The notes under the pieces: model-generated
Seen by the model: the letters and a program-made list of their open reading frames with translations, nothing else
The model's database searches: none
Told to the model about the DNA's origin: nothing
Made by a program: the position numbers and the translations under genes
Shown here: positions 1-12,000 of the stretch, piece by piece
Numbering within the stretch: the stretch's first letter is position 1
Layout of the letters: each line of letters opens with the position of its first letter
Assembly (NCBI GenBank): GCA_032718475.1
Contig: JAUCBJ010005821.1
Span: forward strand, 1 to 60,392
Source: Nemertoderma westbladi
Lineage: Eukaryota; Animalia; Xenacoelomorpha
Length of the DNA: 60,392 nucleotides
Reading direction: 5' to 3'

Positions 1-1712
1 GTGCTGTTGTCTCTAGTATCCATATCAAAGGATTGTAGCACTTTCTTAGAGTTACTTTTAAACTTGCGCAGTTTAAAACCTCCCTTTGCAAGGCAGTCTG
101 AGACATCATGTGCAAGCTTTATGGCAATAGCTTCGTTCATTACAGAAAATAAACAGTCATCCATATATATATCGTTCTTTATGGTCTTAGTGACAATTGC
201 ATCATATAGGTGATCATGGTCAGTTGCAGTCTGTCTCAAAACTGAACAAGCATTTGATGGACTGCAGATAATACCAAACGCTTGTATGTTCATCCAGTAT
301 ATCTGTGCTGGGAGATTATATTCGCCATTGGGCCACCACAGAAACCTCAGACTTTGTCTGTCACTGAGCAGCGTTTTAACCTGTAAAAACATCCCTTCAA
401 TGTCAGACACAACAGCTACATCAAACTGTCGGAATCTCAATAGTATTCCCACCAACGATTGTGACAGGTTTGGTCCGGGTAAAAGGTAGCTGTTTAAGGA
501 GTGTCCCATCCACATTGCGGCACAGTCAAACACAACACGGATTTCTTCGGGTTTGTTGGGCTTTGGTACACCATGATGGGGCATATAATATTCTAAATCC
601 CCAGCTATATTCAGTTTGTCTTCAGGAACTAATTCCGCGAAACCACAGTCTAAATATTTATTCATCTGAGTCTCGTATTGTTCACGTAATGTAGAGTTAT
701 TTAGTAGTTTCCTAGACAGCAGTGCTGCCCGTTTATCTGCTAGTGGTCTATTGTTGATCAATGAAGGATTGTCATCCCGCCAAAGTAATCCAATCCTGTA
801 GTGTCCATCAGTGAGATGTTGTACAGTCGATGTCTGTATGTCTATCGCCCGTTGTTCCTCTGCAGATAGAGATAAGTCATTGGCATTAGTTTCAGCATGG
901 TCAATATCTAACCACCGTAATGTTGCAAGGGTTAGCTTGAGATCCTGATCTAACTTTTGGTAAAGTAGATCTCTAACTTCCGTAGAATTGCGCGGATCAC
1001 ATTTCAAATTGTCTATTAGCTTATGGATATTCTCAGTATGTCTATCTAGAGTAGTACACATTCTAATGGTCTCATAATCATTCTGGTCAGTACATTTCAG
1101 TGTTGTTCTGAAAGTCATATGATCTTGATCATAGTCACAATCTTCAATCTGAATTTGTCTCTCTTTTAAAGTCTGTTGTGAAGGGCGAGTACAGTACCAA
1201 CCGAGCTTGGTGTGCACTGCATACGGATGGAGTGGTAAAGGAAATTCTGGTACTCGTTCTAGAACATGAAATGCCTCGGGAACATTTTGTCCAATAAGTA
1301 CAGAAATACCCGGTATTTGTGTAGTGTATTGCGGTATCGACTGTTTTGTAAGAAATGGATCAGTAATCCAATTGTACGGTAATGGTTGTCCACCTGTAAA
1401 GTCAGTTATACTAATGAACTTCACGTGTTTAGCGCAGTAGGATGAACTCAATGACTGTATAGAACCATAAGACTTGGTTGTGTGTATCCGGGACGTCCAG
1501 GATTTCATTACACCTGACATGTTTAAGTCTGTTGGTTTTTTCTCAATAAAAAGTCTATCTGCTAGGTCCTTGTCCACAAATGTTGCAGAACTACCTGAGT
1601 CAATTAGTGCATTCACATTCAATTCACCCTTGTCACCTACAAGCTTTACTTGTATAACTTGGAATTCCGAGTTTGGGGTTCTCTCGGAATTCGTGCGTCT
1701 GGTGCTGACTAG
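1..1712 (-). CDS. pol: BEL/Pao pol (aspartic protease + reverse transcriptase), in frame with gag after a single TGA; continues off the edge
   Basis: Hand translation from 1712 downward: LVSTRR...NALIDSGSSATFV...ISVLIGQN...PYAVHTKLGW...YYMPHHGVPKP...RVVFDCAA...IYMDD; no stop found in the stretches translated. Confidence 0.9.
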
Positions 1713-4676
1713 TCAGAAAGCCTGTGAGTCAGGAAGAATATCTACCTGGTCAATCTCTTCATACTCATCTGAAGCGTATGTGCTGTTTGGTAGTAAGTTG
1801 TTGGTCGATGTTTCCTCAGCTGTCAATGTTGTGTGATGAACCTGTGCTCGTGCAGTTTCAGAGTGCAAAATAGTGTGATGGGATTTCTTACACACCTTGC
1901 ACCTTCCCTCAGAACGGCACATTTTGCGCATATGATTTGCACTTAAACAGTTGTAACAAAGCCTATTTGTAGCTGCATATGCCCGTCTGTCAATCACAGT
2001 AAGGTTCCTAAAGGTAGGACAGTTGGAAATCCTATGTTCAGTAGAGTGACACTTGTGACACCCGGTGGTGAGTTTATTGTCCGTAGTCCCATCAGTGTTT
2101 AGTGTTGTGAGGGCCTCCAACACTAATTGCAAAGTTTCTTTCTGACCATCTTTAACCTTAGAATTACCAGGCTTGGTCACCGCTGGCTGGTCAGATCGTT
2201 TTTGGGGAGCTACCTTAGTTGCTCCACGAATGTGGTTAACTTCCGCGTACTGGTCATTGACTTTAAAGTCCTCCTCAAAATCTACGGCATCGGATTGAGT
2301 CTGCCTGACTTTCGCACGCTGCAATGGAGTCACTGATGGGTGTAGGGTGCTTTTGGTTTTACAACTGAGCAAACACTCACGCTCTCGCCTCTGTCCACTC
2401 AGCGTGATCTGGCATTCTTCATCAAGAAATTCCAGGAATTTTTTAATGTTAGGAAGGGAGTTAGTCCTTAACTCTTGACGCACTCTTTGTTTGTCCCATC
2501 TTGTCCCTACAGGTCCCGGTAATAGTGCTTGTAGTTGTCCAATTACAATGGGATGGTCTAAGTGACAAGTCTGGTCTAGGGTCTCAAGTTGGAGATATAC
2601 AGTTCTAATCTTGTCTGCGAACCTTACAAACGAGTCACCGTTATTCACAGCCCCTGTCTTCATAAGTTGGTGAACCATACTGGCGGCAATAGAAGATTCT
2701 CGTCCCCAACGCTGGCAGAGTCCCACCCAAGCGCGCGAAAATGGTTCATTGACTCCAAGGTAACTTTCTGCAAGTTCTTTTGGTGGTCCTTCGAGGCTCC
2801 TGATAAGGAGTTGGAGCAATTCATCCTCTGGTAAATTTGAGTTATACAGATTAGACTTTACTGTTTGCTTAAAGGGAATCCATCGTAGGGGGTCCCCATT
2901 GAATTTGCGTGCAGTATCACCAATGGAGCCTTTGGCATCCATTCTAGTCATGACTCTGGCAAAACTTCGGTTGGTTTCAAGTGTTGTCTCCTCTACTACA
3001 GTAGGTAAGGGGGTGTTTCCAACAGTCTCTGGTCTTTTGAGAATCGAAGTTGGTCGAAACTCAAGGTCCCCTGTCAAGTCTTCACCCATTAATTTGGCTG
3101 CTTGTTCCTTAAAGGTACCACCCATCAACTGTGTGGAAACCTGCGTTTCCGGTCCTCCTTGGCATAAATCTCTCATGGGAAGAGTAGTTGCCTTGTAGGG
3201 TTGGTTCCTAGAGTTAGCTAATATGCCCATGCTGTCCTTTAATTGAGCTATCTCTGATCGCAACGTCTCCATTTCATCGGAGAGTGTATAATTATTATGT
3301 GTATCATAATTACTGATGGTGTGGTATGCAGTGGAGTTGGCCCTTGGCTGAAAAACTGATGCGTGAGGGTCGAACTCGTAGTGTGTTTTTGTATATCCTA
3401 CACTACTTACATTATGATATTGGGTAGCATTAGTTGTGAATAATGGGATATACATAGATGTAGTGGAGGTAGGTGAGAAGTGTGGCTGTGTTACAAGTGG
3501 ACACATAGTGGGTCTTGAAGTAGTATCTTTGAAAGTCACAACGCTACTAATATGCCCAGTCTTACTTCTGACACAAGTAGTGTCTATAGAAGATAATGAT
3601 GTTGCAATTCTATAGGACACTTGATCATTACTCGTTACTGATCGGTTATTAGATATTTCCGATATAAAAAAAGAGGGAGCATGAACTGTAACAGTAGGAT
3701 TAACGCTGGATGAATAGGTGTTGGTGACAGTGTTAGAACTAGTAACATGAAATAAATTACAGCTAGTTACCATAGTCTTTAAATTCAGCTTAGGTGTAGA
3801 TTCGGTATGGCTGGTAGTTTGCTGTTGTTCTACTCTTGTAACAGGTGGTTTATCTACATGCGTGATAGGACGTCGATAAACACTATTTCTAGACTTACTA
3901 GGAGTTGTCTTCTTCCTGGTTATCTCTATTTCACTTTCAGATTCACTAGTACACTTTTCTAACCTAGCCTTTGCTATGGCTCTTCTCTTAGTTATGTCTA
4001 GTTGCTTTCTCATTTTTTCTAACCTAGCAGACTTAAACGTTCTTGCCTCCTCAGCCTCAAGTTCCTCTTCCTCGGCCTTTCTTACCGTCTCCTCAGCATC
4101 GAACATGAGCTGAAGCGTTTCAATCGGAAGTGATTCATCAGACATCCGAGTATTATGGGATCTCTTACTATTATGGGAAAGAGGTGGATCTACTACTGGG
4201 TCCAATAGATTGGGTGTAGAACGAAAGCCCCTTAACGGTGCTAGCAGAGCTGATAAAGCTGCATTAATTCTGTGGTAATCCACACTAATCTGATCCCGTT
4301 TGCGTTCTATGTAAGCGATTTGTTCACTCTGATTTAGGTCCTGGAACCTATTGACGAATTTGGAACAGATCAGTGTTATCCTACAGTAGCTAGTCTCTAG
4401 TTGGTCTATGTGAAAATGTAAGTCTCGGTATGTGTGTTCTGTTAGACTAGAATAACTGTCTGCTATATTGAAAATACGAGTACTGTGTGCGCAGTACCCT
4501 CTAAAGGATTTACGCAGGATTGTGGTGTCTTCAGAGTCAGGGATCTCCACATCATTGGGGCCCTCTGGGTTTAGGGATGGTACGTCCTCGATGTCAACAG
4601 ACGTGTTAGTGTGAACTGGTACTACAGTTAAATCTAGGTCAGTCAAACTGTCCATTGGGTCATTTACTGTATACAA
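1713..4676 (-). CDS. gag: BEL/Pao gag polyprotein
   Basis: 987-aa ORF; FNGDPLRWIPF (DUF1759-like core); CHKCHSTEHRISNC, CYNCLSANHMRKMC and CKVCKKSHHTILH knuckles. Confidence 0.9.
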   Translation of the reverse strand: MYTVNDPMDSLTDLDLTVVPVHTNTSVDIEDVPSLNPEGPNDVEIPDSEDTTILRKSFRGYCAHSTRIFNIADSYSSLTEHTYRDLHFHIDQLETSYCRITLICSKFVNRFQDLNQSEQIAYIERKRDQISVDYHRINAALSALLAPLRGFRSTPNLLDPVVDPPLSHNSKRSHNTRMSDESLPIETLQLMFDAEETVRKAEEEELEAEEARTFKSARLEKMRKQLDITKRRAIAKARLEKCTSESESEIEITRKKTTPSKSRNSVYRRPITHVDKPPVTRVEQQQTTSHTESTPKLNLKTMVTSCNLFHVTSSNTVTNTYSSSVNPTVTVHAPSFFISEISNNRSVTSNDQVSYRIATSLSSIDTTCVRSKTGHISSVVTFKDTTSRPTMCPLVTQPHFSPTSTTSMYIPLFTTNATQYHNVSSVGYTKTHYEFDPHASVFQPRANSTAYHTISNYDTHNNYTLSDEMETLRSEIAQLKDSMGILANSRNQPYKATTLPMRDLCQGGPETQVSTQLMGGTFKEQAAKLMGEDLTGDLEFRPTSILKRPETVGNTPLPTVVEETTLETNRSFARVMTRMDAKGSIGDTARKFNGDPLRWIPFKQTVKSNLYNSNLPEDELLQLLIRSLEGPPKELAESYLGVNEPFSRAWVGLCQRWGRESSIAASMVHQLMKTGAVNNGDSFVRFADKIRTVYLQLETLDQTCHLDHPIVIGQLQALLPGPVGTRWDKQRVRQELRTNSLPNIKKFLEFLDEECQITLSGQRRERECLLSCKTKSTLHPSVTPLQRAKVRQTQSDAVDFEEDFKVNDQYAEVNHIRGATKVAPQKRSDQPAVTKPGNSKVKDGQKETLQLVLEALTTLNTDGTTDNKLTTGCHKCHSTEHRISNCPTFRNLTVIDRRAYAATNRLCYNCLSANHMRKMCRSEGRCKVCKKSHHTILHSETARAQVHHTTLTAEETSTNNLLPNSTYASDEYEEIDQVDILPDSQAF

Positions 4677-5036
4677 TACGCATGCAGTACAACTACTATG
4701 TACTATAATATAAACACTACAGTATAACTACAATGCAGTATAATTACTGTACTGTATTTACCACTATAAATAAAGTATATACCTACAGTAGTTAAATATT
4801 GTTACGCAAATATGTGCGTCTACACACTTACTTACAAGTGTGAAGCTCTTACAGTTGAGCTTTACTACAATTAATTAATCAATTAATTAGTGTTATTTAA
4901 CGTTGACACTCTAAATAATTAAATAACTATTTTAATTATCAAATAAATTATTAAATTATATTATAATCAAATTTAATTAATTTAAATTATTAAATTGATG
5001 AATAATACAAGCATAATAGGCCTGTATTCTTACTTT

Positions 5037-5726
5037 TGTTGCTGCGCGATTAATGTAGTCGCAGTGCTACTAACAATAATCCTATCGGCTGACCTGGACA
5101 ATAAACTATTACCGCCAGGGTTTATGCAGTGGCTCTAACATACAGTCAGTATGGCAACAAATCGATGGGGAGTTTGAGAAATTGAAAAAGGTGCTTGTAC
5201 TAATATCAAGACTTAGTTTCGTACTGGCGAATAACGCATTCCTATTCTCAAAATTGCTAACAATCAATCTCTCCCTCAGAGAGAATTCCTGCAATAACCT
5301 GCTCCCTCTAGTACAGAGAAGAGAAAGAGTCTACAAGGGTCCCGGCAGCCTACGTATTGTAGACGGCTTTAGAAGGAAGGAGATAGTCGAAAGATGACAG
5401 TTTTTATTTGGATGGAAATTTATTCAGAGTTCCTCAGGTCGTTATTATTTATATAATTTATAATATTATATTCAAATTTAGACCGTAAACAATATATATA
5501 CTAATTACTAATATTCAATATGTAGGATTGCCCTATTCTAGCCGTAAGAATACAAAAGTCTCTCCCGCTGTATTTCAGAATAATGAGCCCAGCTGTCGAG
5601 ATGACTATTGTATTTAAAAAACTACTAATTAATCTATATAGTTGGCGATAATTGTTAGGTCAATAATACAGTATAGCCACGGCATTTATTGGCTTTCCAT
5701 TATGCGGACAGATATGCCCCCTAACA
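5037..5726 (-). repeat. Candidate 5' LTR of the BEL element
   Basis: TGTT...AACA termini upstream of gag, with internal AATAAA on the minus strand; second LTR not in the window, so boundaries are unverified. Confidence 0.3.
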
Positions 5727-6976
5727 TACTTCTAGATTGAGATTACAATACAATGCACAACTTAATTAACTCACACCACCAATAATCAACTTACAATAAT
5801 TCAATAAACCTATTAGTATAGTTACAATCTCTCGATAAATCGAATCACATATTAAATAAGCATAAAACTCAACTGAACAGAAATATAATTCTTCGTTTAC
5901 AAATAAATATGAATATAGCACAATAAAGAAAAGGTCGGGATGATTATTGCCACGCGCAGCGGCGCCAACAAACACAATTTAATACAGTAGTAATGCTAAT
6001 AATAAAGTACAATGAGTTTCCTTGACGGTCATGTTTGTTAATTTTTTTTTTTTTTGGGGGGGGGGGGCTACGGTTTTTTAACATGTAATTATCTCGAAAG
6101 TGGTTGCAAACCGCATAGAAAATTGTATACCGCCGAAAAGAGAATAAACAAATTTGAAAATATTTTATACGCCCCTTAGCGGCCGCTAGAGATTTTCAAA
6201 ATTTAACAAATTTACATACTACCGGTGGTACTTGTTTTTCATTTTTATTTTTGGATTACACATTTTTTGGTACCAGCATATTCAATTAATTCATATTTTT
6301 TCGTCCACTCTATGCATTGTCATGTAAATGATGGATTATTGATACCTAATACGCAAGTTTATAAAAAAAAGCAAGAAAGGTAAAAACCTCTTTTTTATAT
6401 ACCGGTACGTTTTCTTAAAAAATTGCGGAATATTATGAAATCAAAAGAACTGTCCGAAATTTATCGAAGCTTATGAAACTACCTATCATATAAAGCAAAA
6501 ATTACAAAATACGTCGCAAGACTATTGTTATTCTAGTTGGAAAAATTTATTTCGAGATACAGTCGGGTCTAAAAGAACATCTGTTCATTTGTGATTTTTT
6601 CAAAGTGTCTAAAAGGATTACATCACTCCTAATTGCTACTTGTGATTCTTGTGAACAGTAAGGAATCACGCCAATTTTCTGTTTGTAGGTACTGTGCGAT
6701 ATTTTGAGCTCTTGGTGGTATTCCTGATTGACAGCGCCTTACAGAGTCCTAGGTAACAAAAAGGCTGTGGGGCTCTTGGATAACAATATCGTTGGGGCAA
6801 AAAACAAGAAACTGTTGATGCTTGGGGGCTGGTCAGTTGTGGCCTAAGCTGTTCCAATTAACCTTGGGTTTCCTGAGGTAATTGCGGACTGGGTTTTTTT
6901 ACAAAGTACAATATGAGTTCTCCCCACCCTCTATGTACAGTATAATATATTGATAATAATAACTAAGTATATCTAA

Positions 6977-7892
6977 TGGTGACATTCCTGGGCTTCAAAT
7001 CAGGAGGCACTGGTTACTGGGGCAGCAAAGTTTGGGCCTAGTGCTTTAAATGCTGCAGCCTATCCCAACCCTGGCTTTCATCCTTAACTGGTCGATAAAC
7101 GGGGAACCAAGGCAACTTGGGAAACAGAGTGGAAGGGTTTACTGTGGAAGATCACCCATGGTGGTGAACAGGCATTCCTTTAGGAAACAGAGTGGAAGGG
7201 TTTGGTGGTGAACAGGTATTCCTTTAGGAAACAGAGTGGAAGGGTTTACTGTGGAAGATCACCCATGGTGGTGAACAGGCATTCCTTTGGGAAACAGAGT
7301 GGAAGGGTTTACTGTGGAAGATCACCCATGGTGGTGAACAGGCATTCCTTTAGGAAACAGAGTGGGAGGGTTTACTGTGGAAGATCAGCCCTGGTGGTGA
7401 ACAGGCATTCCTTTAGGAAACAGAGTGGAAGGGTTTACTGTGGTAGATCACCCATGGCGGTTAACAGGCTTTCCTTTAGGAAACAGAGTGGGAGGGTTTA
7501 CTGTGGAAGATCAGCCCTGGTGGTGAACAGGCATTCCTTTAGGAAACAGAGTGGAAGGGTTTACTGTGGTAGATCACCCATGGCGGTGAACAGGCTTTCC
7601 TTTAGGAAACAGAGTGGGAGGGTTTACTGTGGAAGATCAGCCCTGGTGGTGAACAGGCATTCCTTTAGGAAACAGAGTGGAAGGGTTTACTGTGGTAGAT
7701 CACCCATGGCGGTGAACAGGCTTTCCTTTAGGAAACAGAGTGGGAGGGTTTACTGTGGAAGATCAGCCCTGGTGGTGAACAGGCATTCCTTTAGGAAACA
7801 GAATGGAAGGGTTTATTTACTGTGGAAGATCAGCCCTGGTGGTGAACAGGGATTCCTTGGCTTAACGAGCCTAAAAGATTTTCCCATTCATA
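6977..7892 (+). mobile_element. SINE-like element carrying an internal 63-bp tandem array
   Basis: 5' flank (ggtgacattcctgg...tgctgcagccta) and 3' flank (ccttggcttaacgagcctaaaagatt) shared with the inverted copy at 12940-15455; contains ctttcatcc...gtcgataaa, as in the SINE at 52650. Confidence 0.55.
7119..7857 (+). repeat. 63-bp tandem repeat, about 11-12 units
   Basis: Unit ggaaacagagtggaagggtttactgtggaagatcacccatggtggtgaacaggcattccttta. Confidence 0.95.
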
Positions 7893-8985
7893 TATTCGAT
7901 TTAAATATATAAAAAAAGTCAACAGTATCATTGTATGAGTGGGGAGGGGGGGGGGGGGGGGGGGGGTGAGGGTGGGGGGTGGAGTGGATTGGAGGGTTTA
8001 CTTAAGATTAGAATTCCAAATCTGTAAACCGCTCAAGGCGATCTCCTACTTCACGAGTTATGACTATTTGTCAGTCTGACTGCCGGTCAGCTCGATCGTA
8101 AAACATTAGAGAACACACTACCTGGCCAAAATTCCATACAGGACTTTACTTTGTTTCTCAGTGATTTTATCTCCGATGTTAGATTTCAAATTTTGCGGCG
8201 TCGTCGTGTCATGTCTTGGTTTATTCGTCTAAATGTAACCGACAGCTGACATACAAACATACATTTTAAGATAGCAAATGTGAAAACTAAATGAAATTTG
8301 CGAACAGAAAAACTTTTAAATAAAGTTTTATCTAGAAGGATTGCTATCTCTTTATTTTGAACCACAGCCCACAGAGCGTCGCGCAGATTAACAGACAGAT
8401 TAAATTTCGTGAAAACTGACATCGGAAATATAATCAACGACCAGGAAAACAACTTATTCTTACATATTGACATACAATTTTGTCCGGGAAGGTTCAAACT
8501 TTAAAGACAATTATATGCAAAACCAATGTATAATTTTCAAATCACTACTAGGCCGCCACTTTTCAATGTTGCCTTGTTGCCTTTCCCCAGTATTAAAATT
8601 CCGAGTAGTTTCTTAGCTTTCAATATATTTTTTATCTGTTATAGGCCCGACTGTAATAACAGCGTTTTGGAAAATTTGTAAATTTGTGTTTATGTTCTGA
8701 AAATTAACCAAAATGAAGAAGTAGGCCTAGCATAATTATGTCAAAATATATTACGGGTATGGGCGCTAAGGGGCGTCGAAAATTATTTTTTTGAAAATTG
8801 TTTATAACAATCCACCCAAAATTTATTTTACACTTTATTTATTTCTATTATTGGCTCAGGTAGATAATACACTGACAGACAGAGCCACTTTATTTCTAGC
8901 CTACTATTTGGTTTTTTTGCTGCAGTCTGTATTTAACAATGTTAAGACAAGTGTTATTATTTAATTATAATTTTACTGTTTTCAG

Positions 8986-9036
8986 GAAATTCATGCAATC
9001 CTGCCTTACAAGCCGAATATTGCGAAGATAGCGGAG
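8986..9036 (+). CDS. Host gene exon (phase 1-1), NSCNPALQAEYCEDSG
   Basis: ttttcag acceptor, gtatgt donor, two Cys. Confidence 0.5.
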
Positions 9037-12000
9037 GTATGTACCGGGTACTGTATCTTCTAGTAGGTATGTCTAACATTATCTTATCATAACTAATTTG
9101 TTGTAAATACTGTAATATTAATACACTTTATTTAATTAAAATTACCAAATTTAGTCTTGTTTAGATCTCGCAACATAATCTTGGAGCTAGGCAACAACAC
9201 TACTATACATTAATTCAGATTACTAAAAATTGCGACCTGTACGCAAATTTCAAATTGGGGTGTCGTTTCATCCTTCCCATAGAGTTAATGTAAAATTGAT
9301 ATTGAAAATTTAGTGCCTAGATGTAAAATTTTTACTGCAACTGTGTTCCTAAATTTAGTTTATTGTTTTGGTTACAAAAGCATGCCATTATGACCTGCTA
9401 CTTTACTTGAAAAGGTACCTTAAATGGTGAATATCGAAATTAAATATTCGCGAAATTAAGTTAATATGTTAAAATAGGCTGGAACGACACCCCAATTGGT
9501 ATTATTATGCTGTACAGGAGTTGCTGTATGGCGTCTGATATGAGCCAAAATACCTTAGAATTACAAATGTGTACCTTACATTTTTCATTAGCTTATATTT
9601 ATAAGCATCGCTTAAAAGTATGGTATTTTATTGCATTTGAATTTATACATCGCTTAAAAGTAAGCTATATGTTTTATGAAGTTGACTTTAATAAATCGCT
9701 TAAAAGTAAGGTATTTTTTACAAGTTCACTTAAAACATCGCTTAAAAGTAAGCTATGTTTATGTAGTTGACTTTATTAAATCGCTTAAAATTAAGATATT
9801 TTTTACAAGTTCTGTTAAAACATCGCTTAAAAGAAAGCTATGTTTATGTAATTGACTGTAATAAATCGCTTTAAATAAGGTATTTAATTGCAGTTCTGTT
9901 CCAACATTGCTTAAAATGAAGTATGTGTTTATGCAGTAATATAGTTTAAAGTAAGCGATGTTTTTACAGTGTCGTTTAAACATAGTTTAAAGTAAGCTAT
10001 GTTTTTATAGTGTCGTTTAAACATAGTTTAAAGTAAGCTATGTTTTTGCAGTGTATTGTCCAATCAAATGCGTTGTTGACAATATCTGCAATTAGTAAAT
10101 AGATCACAAGAGGGCGCTGTTGAGCAATTGTTGTATTCCAGTATTCGATCAACAAAATCGAATTTCTGGTATGTAGGGTACACGGTACGGACAGTACGGT
10201 TAACAGTATACAGTAGTTTCACTGCAGTAGGTATGGCATCTGAAAATTTCATCTCGGAAATTGAGAGCCTAATACGGAGGTGCCAACAAATTTCAGAAGA
10301 TGATACATTTTCAAACTTAAATATAATAGAATATTTAACACCTATTTTTCAATATAAGATTGATGTACTGGATCGCCTAATAGAGGATGGGAATACAGGT
10401 AATAGCCCTAGCACCGCCGATACAAGTACAACACGTAATTCTGGAATAATTGATTTAAATCGAAGCCTCCGTGAATGGCTGCATTGGTTATTAAGTTTAC
10501 CTATTGCTCGGCATCAAAGTAGCTGCTGCTTATATGTATCATCTGCAATTTGTTGGCACCTCCGTATTAGGCTCTCAATTTCAAAGATGAAATTTTCAGA
10601 TGACATACCTACTGGCTACTGCAGTACTCTGTAACTATACTGTTAACCGTACTGTCCGTACCGTGTACCCTACATATCAGAAATTCAATTTTGCTGATCG
10701 AATACTGGAATACAACAATTGCTCAACAGCGCCCTCTCGTGATCTATTTACTAATTGCAGATATTGTCAACAACGCATTTGGTTGGACAAAACACTGAAA
10801 AAACATAGCTTACTTTAAACTATGTTTAAACGACACTGTAAAAACATCGCTTACTTTAAACTATGTTTAAACGTCACTGTAAAAACATAGCTTACTTTAA
10901 ACTATGTTTAAACGACACTGTAAAAACATCGCTTACTTTAAACTATGTTTAAACGACACTGTAAAAACATAGCTTACTTTAAACTATGTTTAAACGACAC
11001 TGTAAAAACATCGCTTACTTTAAACTATGTTTAAACGACACTGTAAAAACATCGCTTACTTTAAACTATGTTTAAACGACACTGTAAAAACATCGCTTAC
11101 TTTAAACTATATTACTGCATAAACACATACTTCATTTTAAGCAATGTTGGAACAGAACTGCAATTAAATACCTTATTTAAAGCGATTTATTACAGTCAAT
11201 TACATAAACATAGCTTACTTTTAAGCGATGTTTTAACAGAATTTGTAAAAAATATCTTAATTTTAAGCGATTTAATAAAGTCAACTACATAAACATAGCT
11301 TACTTTTAAGCGAATTTTTAAGAGAACTTGTAAAAAATACCTTCCCTTTAAGCGATTTATTAAAGTCAACTACATAAAACATAGCTTACTTTTAAGCGAT
11401 GTATAAATTCAAATGAAATAAAATACCATACTTTTAAGCGATGCTTATAAATATAAGCTAATGAAAAATGTAAGGTACACATTTATAATTCTAAGGTATT
11501 TTGGCTCAAATCAGACGCCATATTGCTGTCCCTCAGTGCTACAGATAATACAACCGCCATCAATCTAATGTTGAAAAGTTTTAGTTTCTTTACATAAATA
11601 CACAAGGTTACGAAAAGGCACTGAATTAAGTATGAACTTTCCATTCCTGCTAAGATCTGCTATTTAAATAAAGACTAGAAACAATACAGTATCAGCATGT
11701 TTACCACCATATTGCAATATGACAACCTCCTAACTAAAACAAACGTAATGGCCATAGTCAATAAGTTCCCTTTGGAAAGTTTATGGCTGAAATCACAAAA
11801 ACACTGGTTGTGTTTCCGATACTGTTGGTTTTGCACCATATAGTCGATAATATACATGTGGTTGTGTATATGCCATTATGTTTCTTATTTCAGGCAAATT
11901 TAGATGCAGCGATGGATATATTCCGGACCCGTTAAACAACGGATACTGTATTCTATACCAGTGTGGTTCGCATTCCAATAAATTTTGTATGACATTCGGC

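Larger units (their letters stand above)
1..5726 (-). mobile_element. BEL/Pao LTR retrotransposon (5' part; runs off the left window edge)
   Basis: Gag with three Cys/His knuckles, followed in frame by protease (ALIDSGS), BEL-typical motifs (PYAVHTKLGW, YMPHHGV, RVVFDCAA) and RT YMDD. Confidence 0.93.

Noticed and set aside
10801-11110. CRISPR-like appearance of regular repeats (also 24530-24880)
   Set aside because: Head-to-tail repeats with no unique spacers, no cas genes, eukaryotic context
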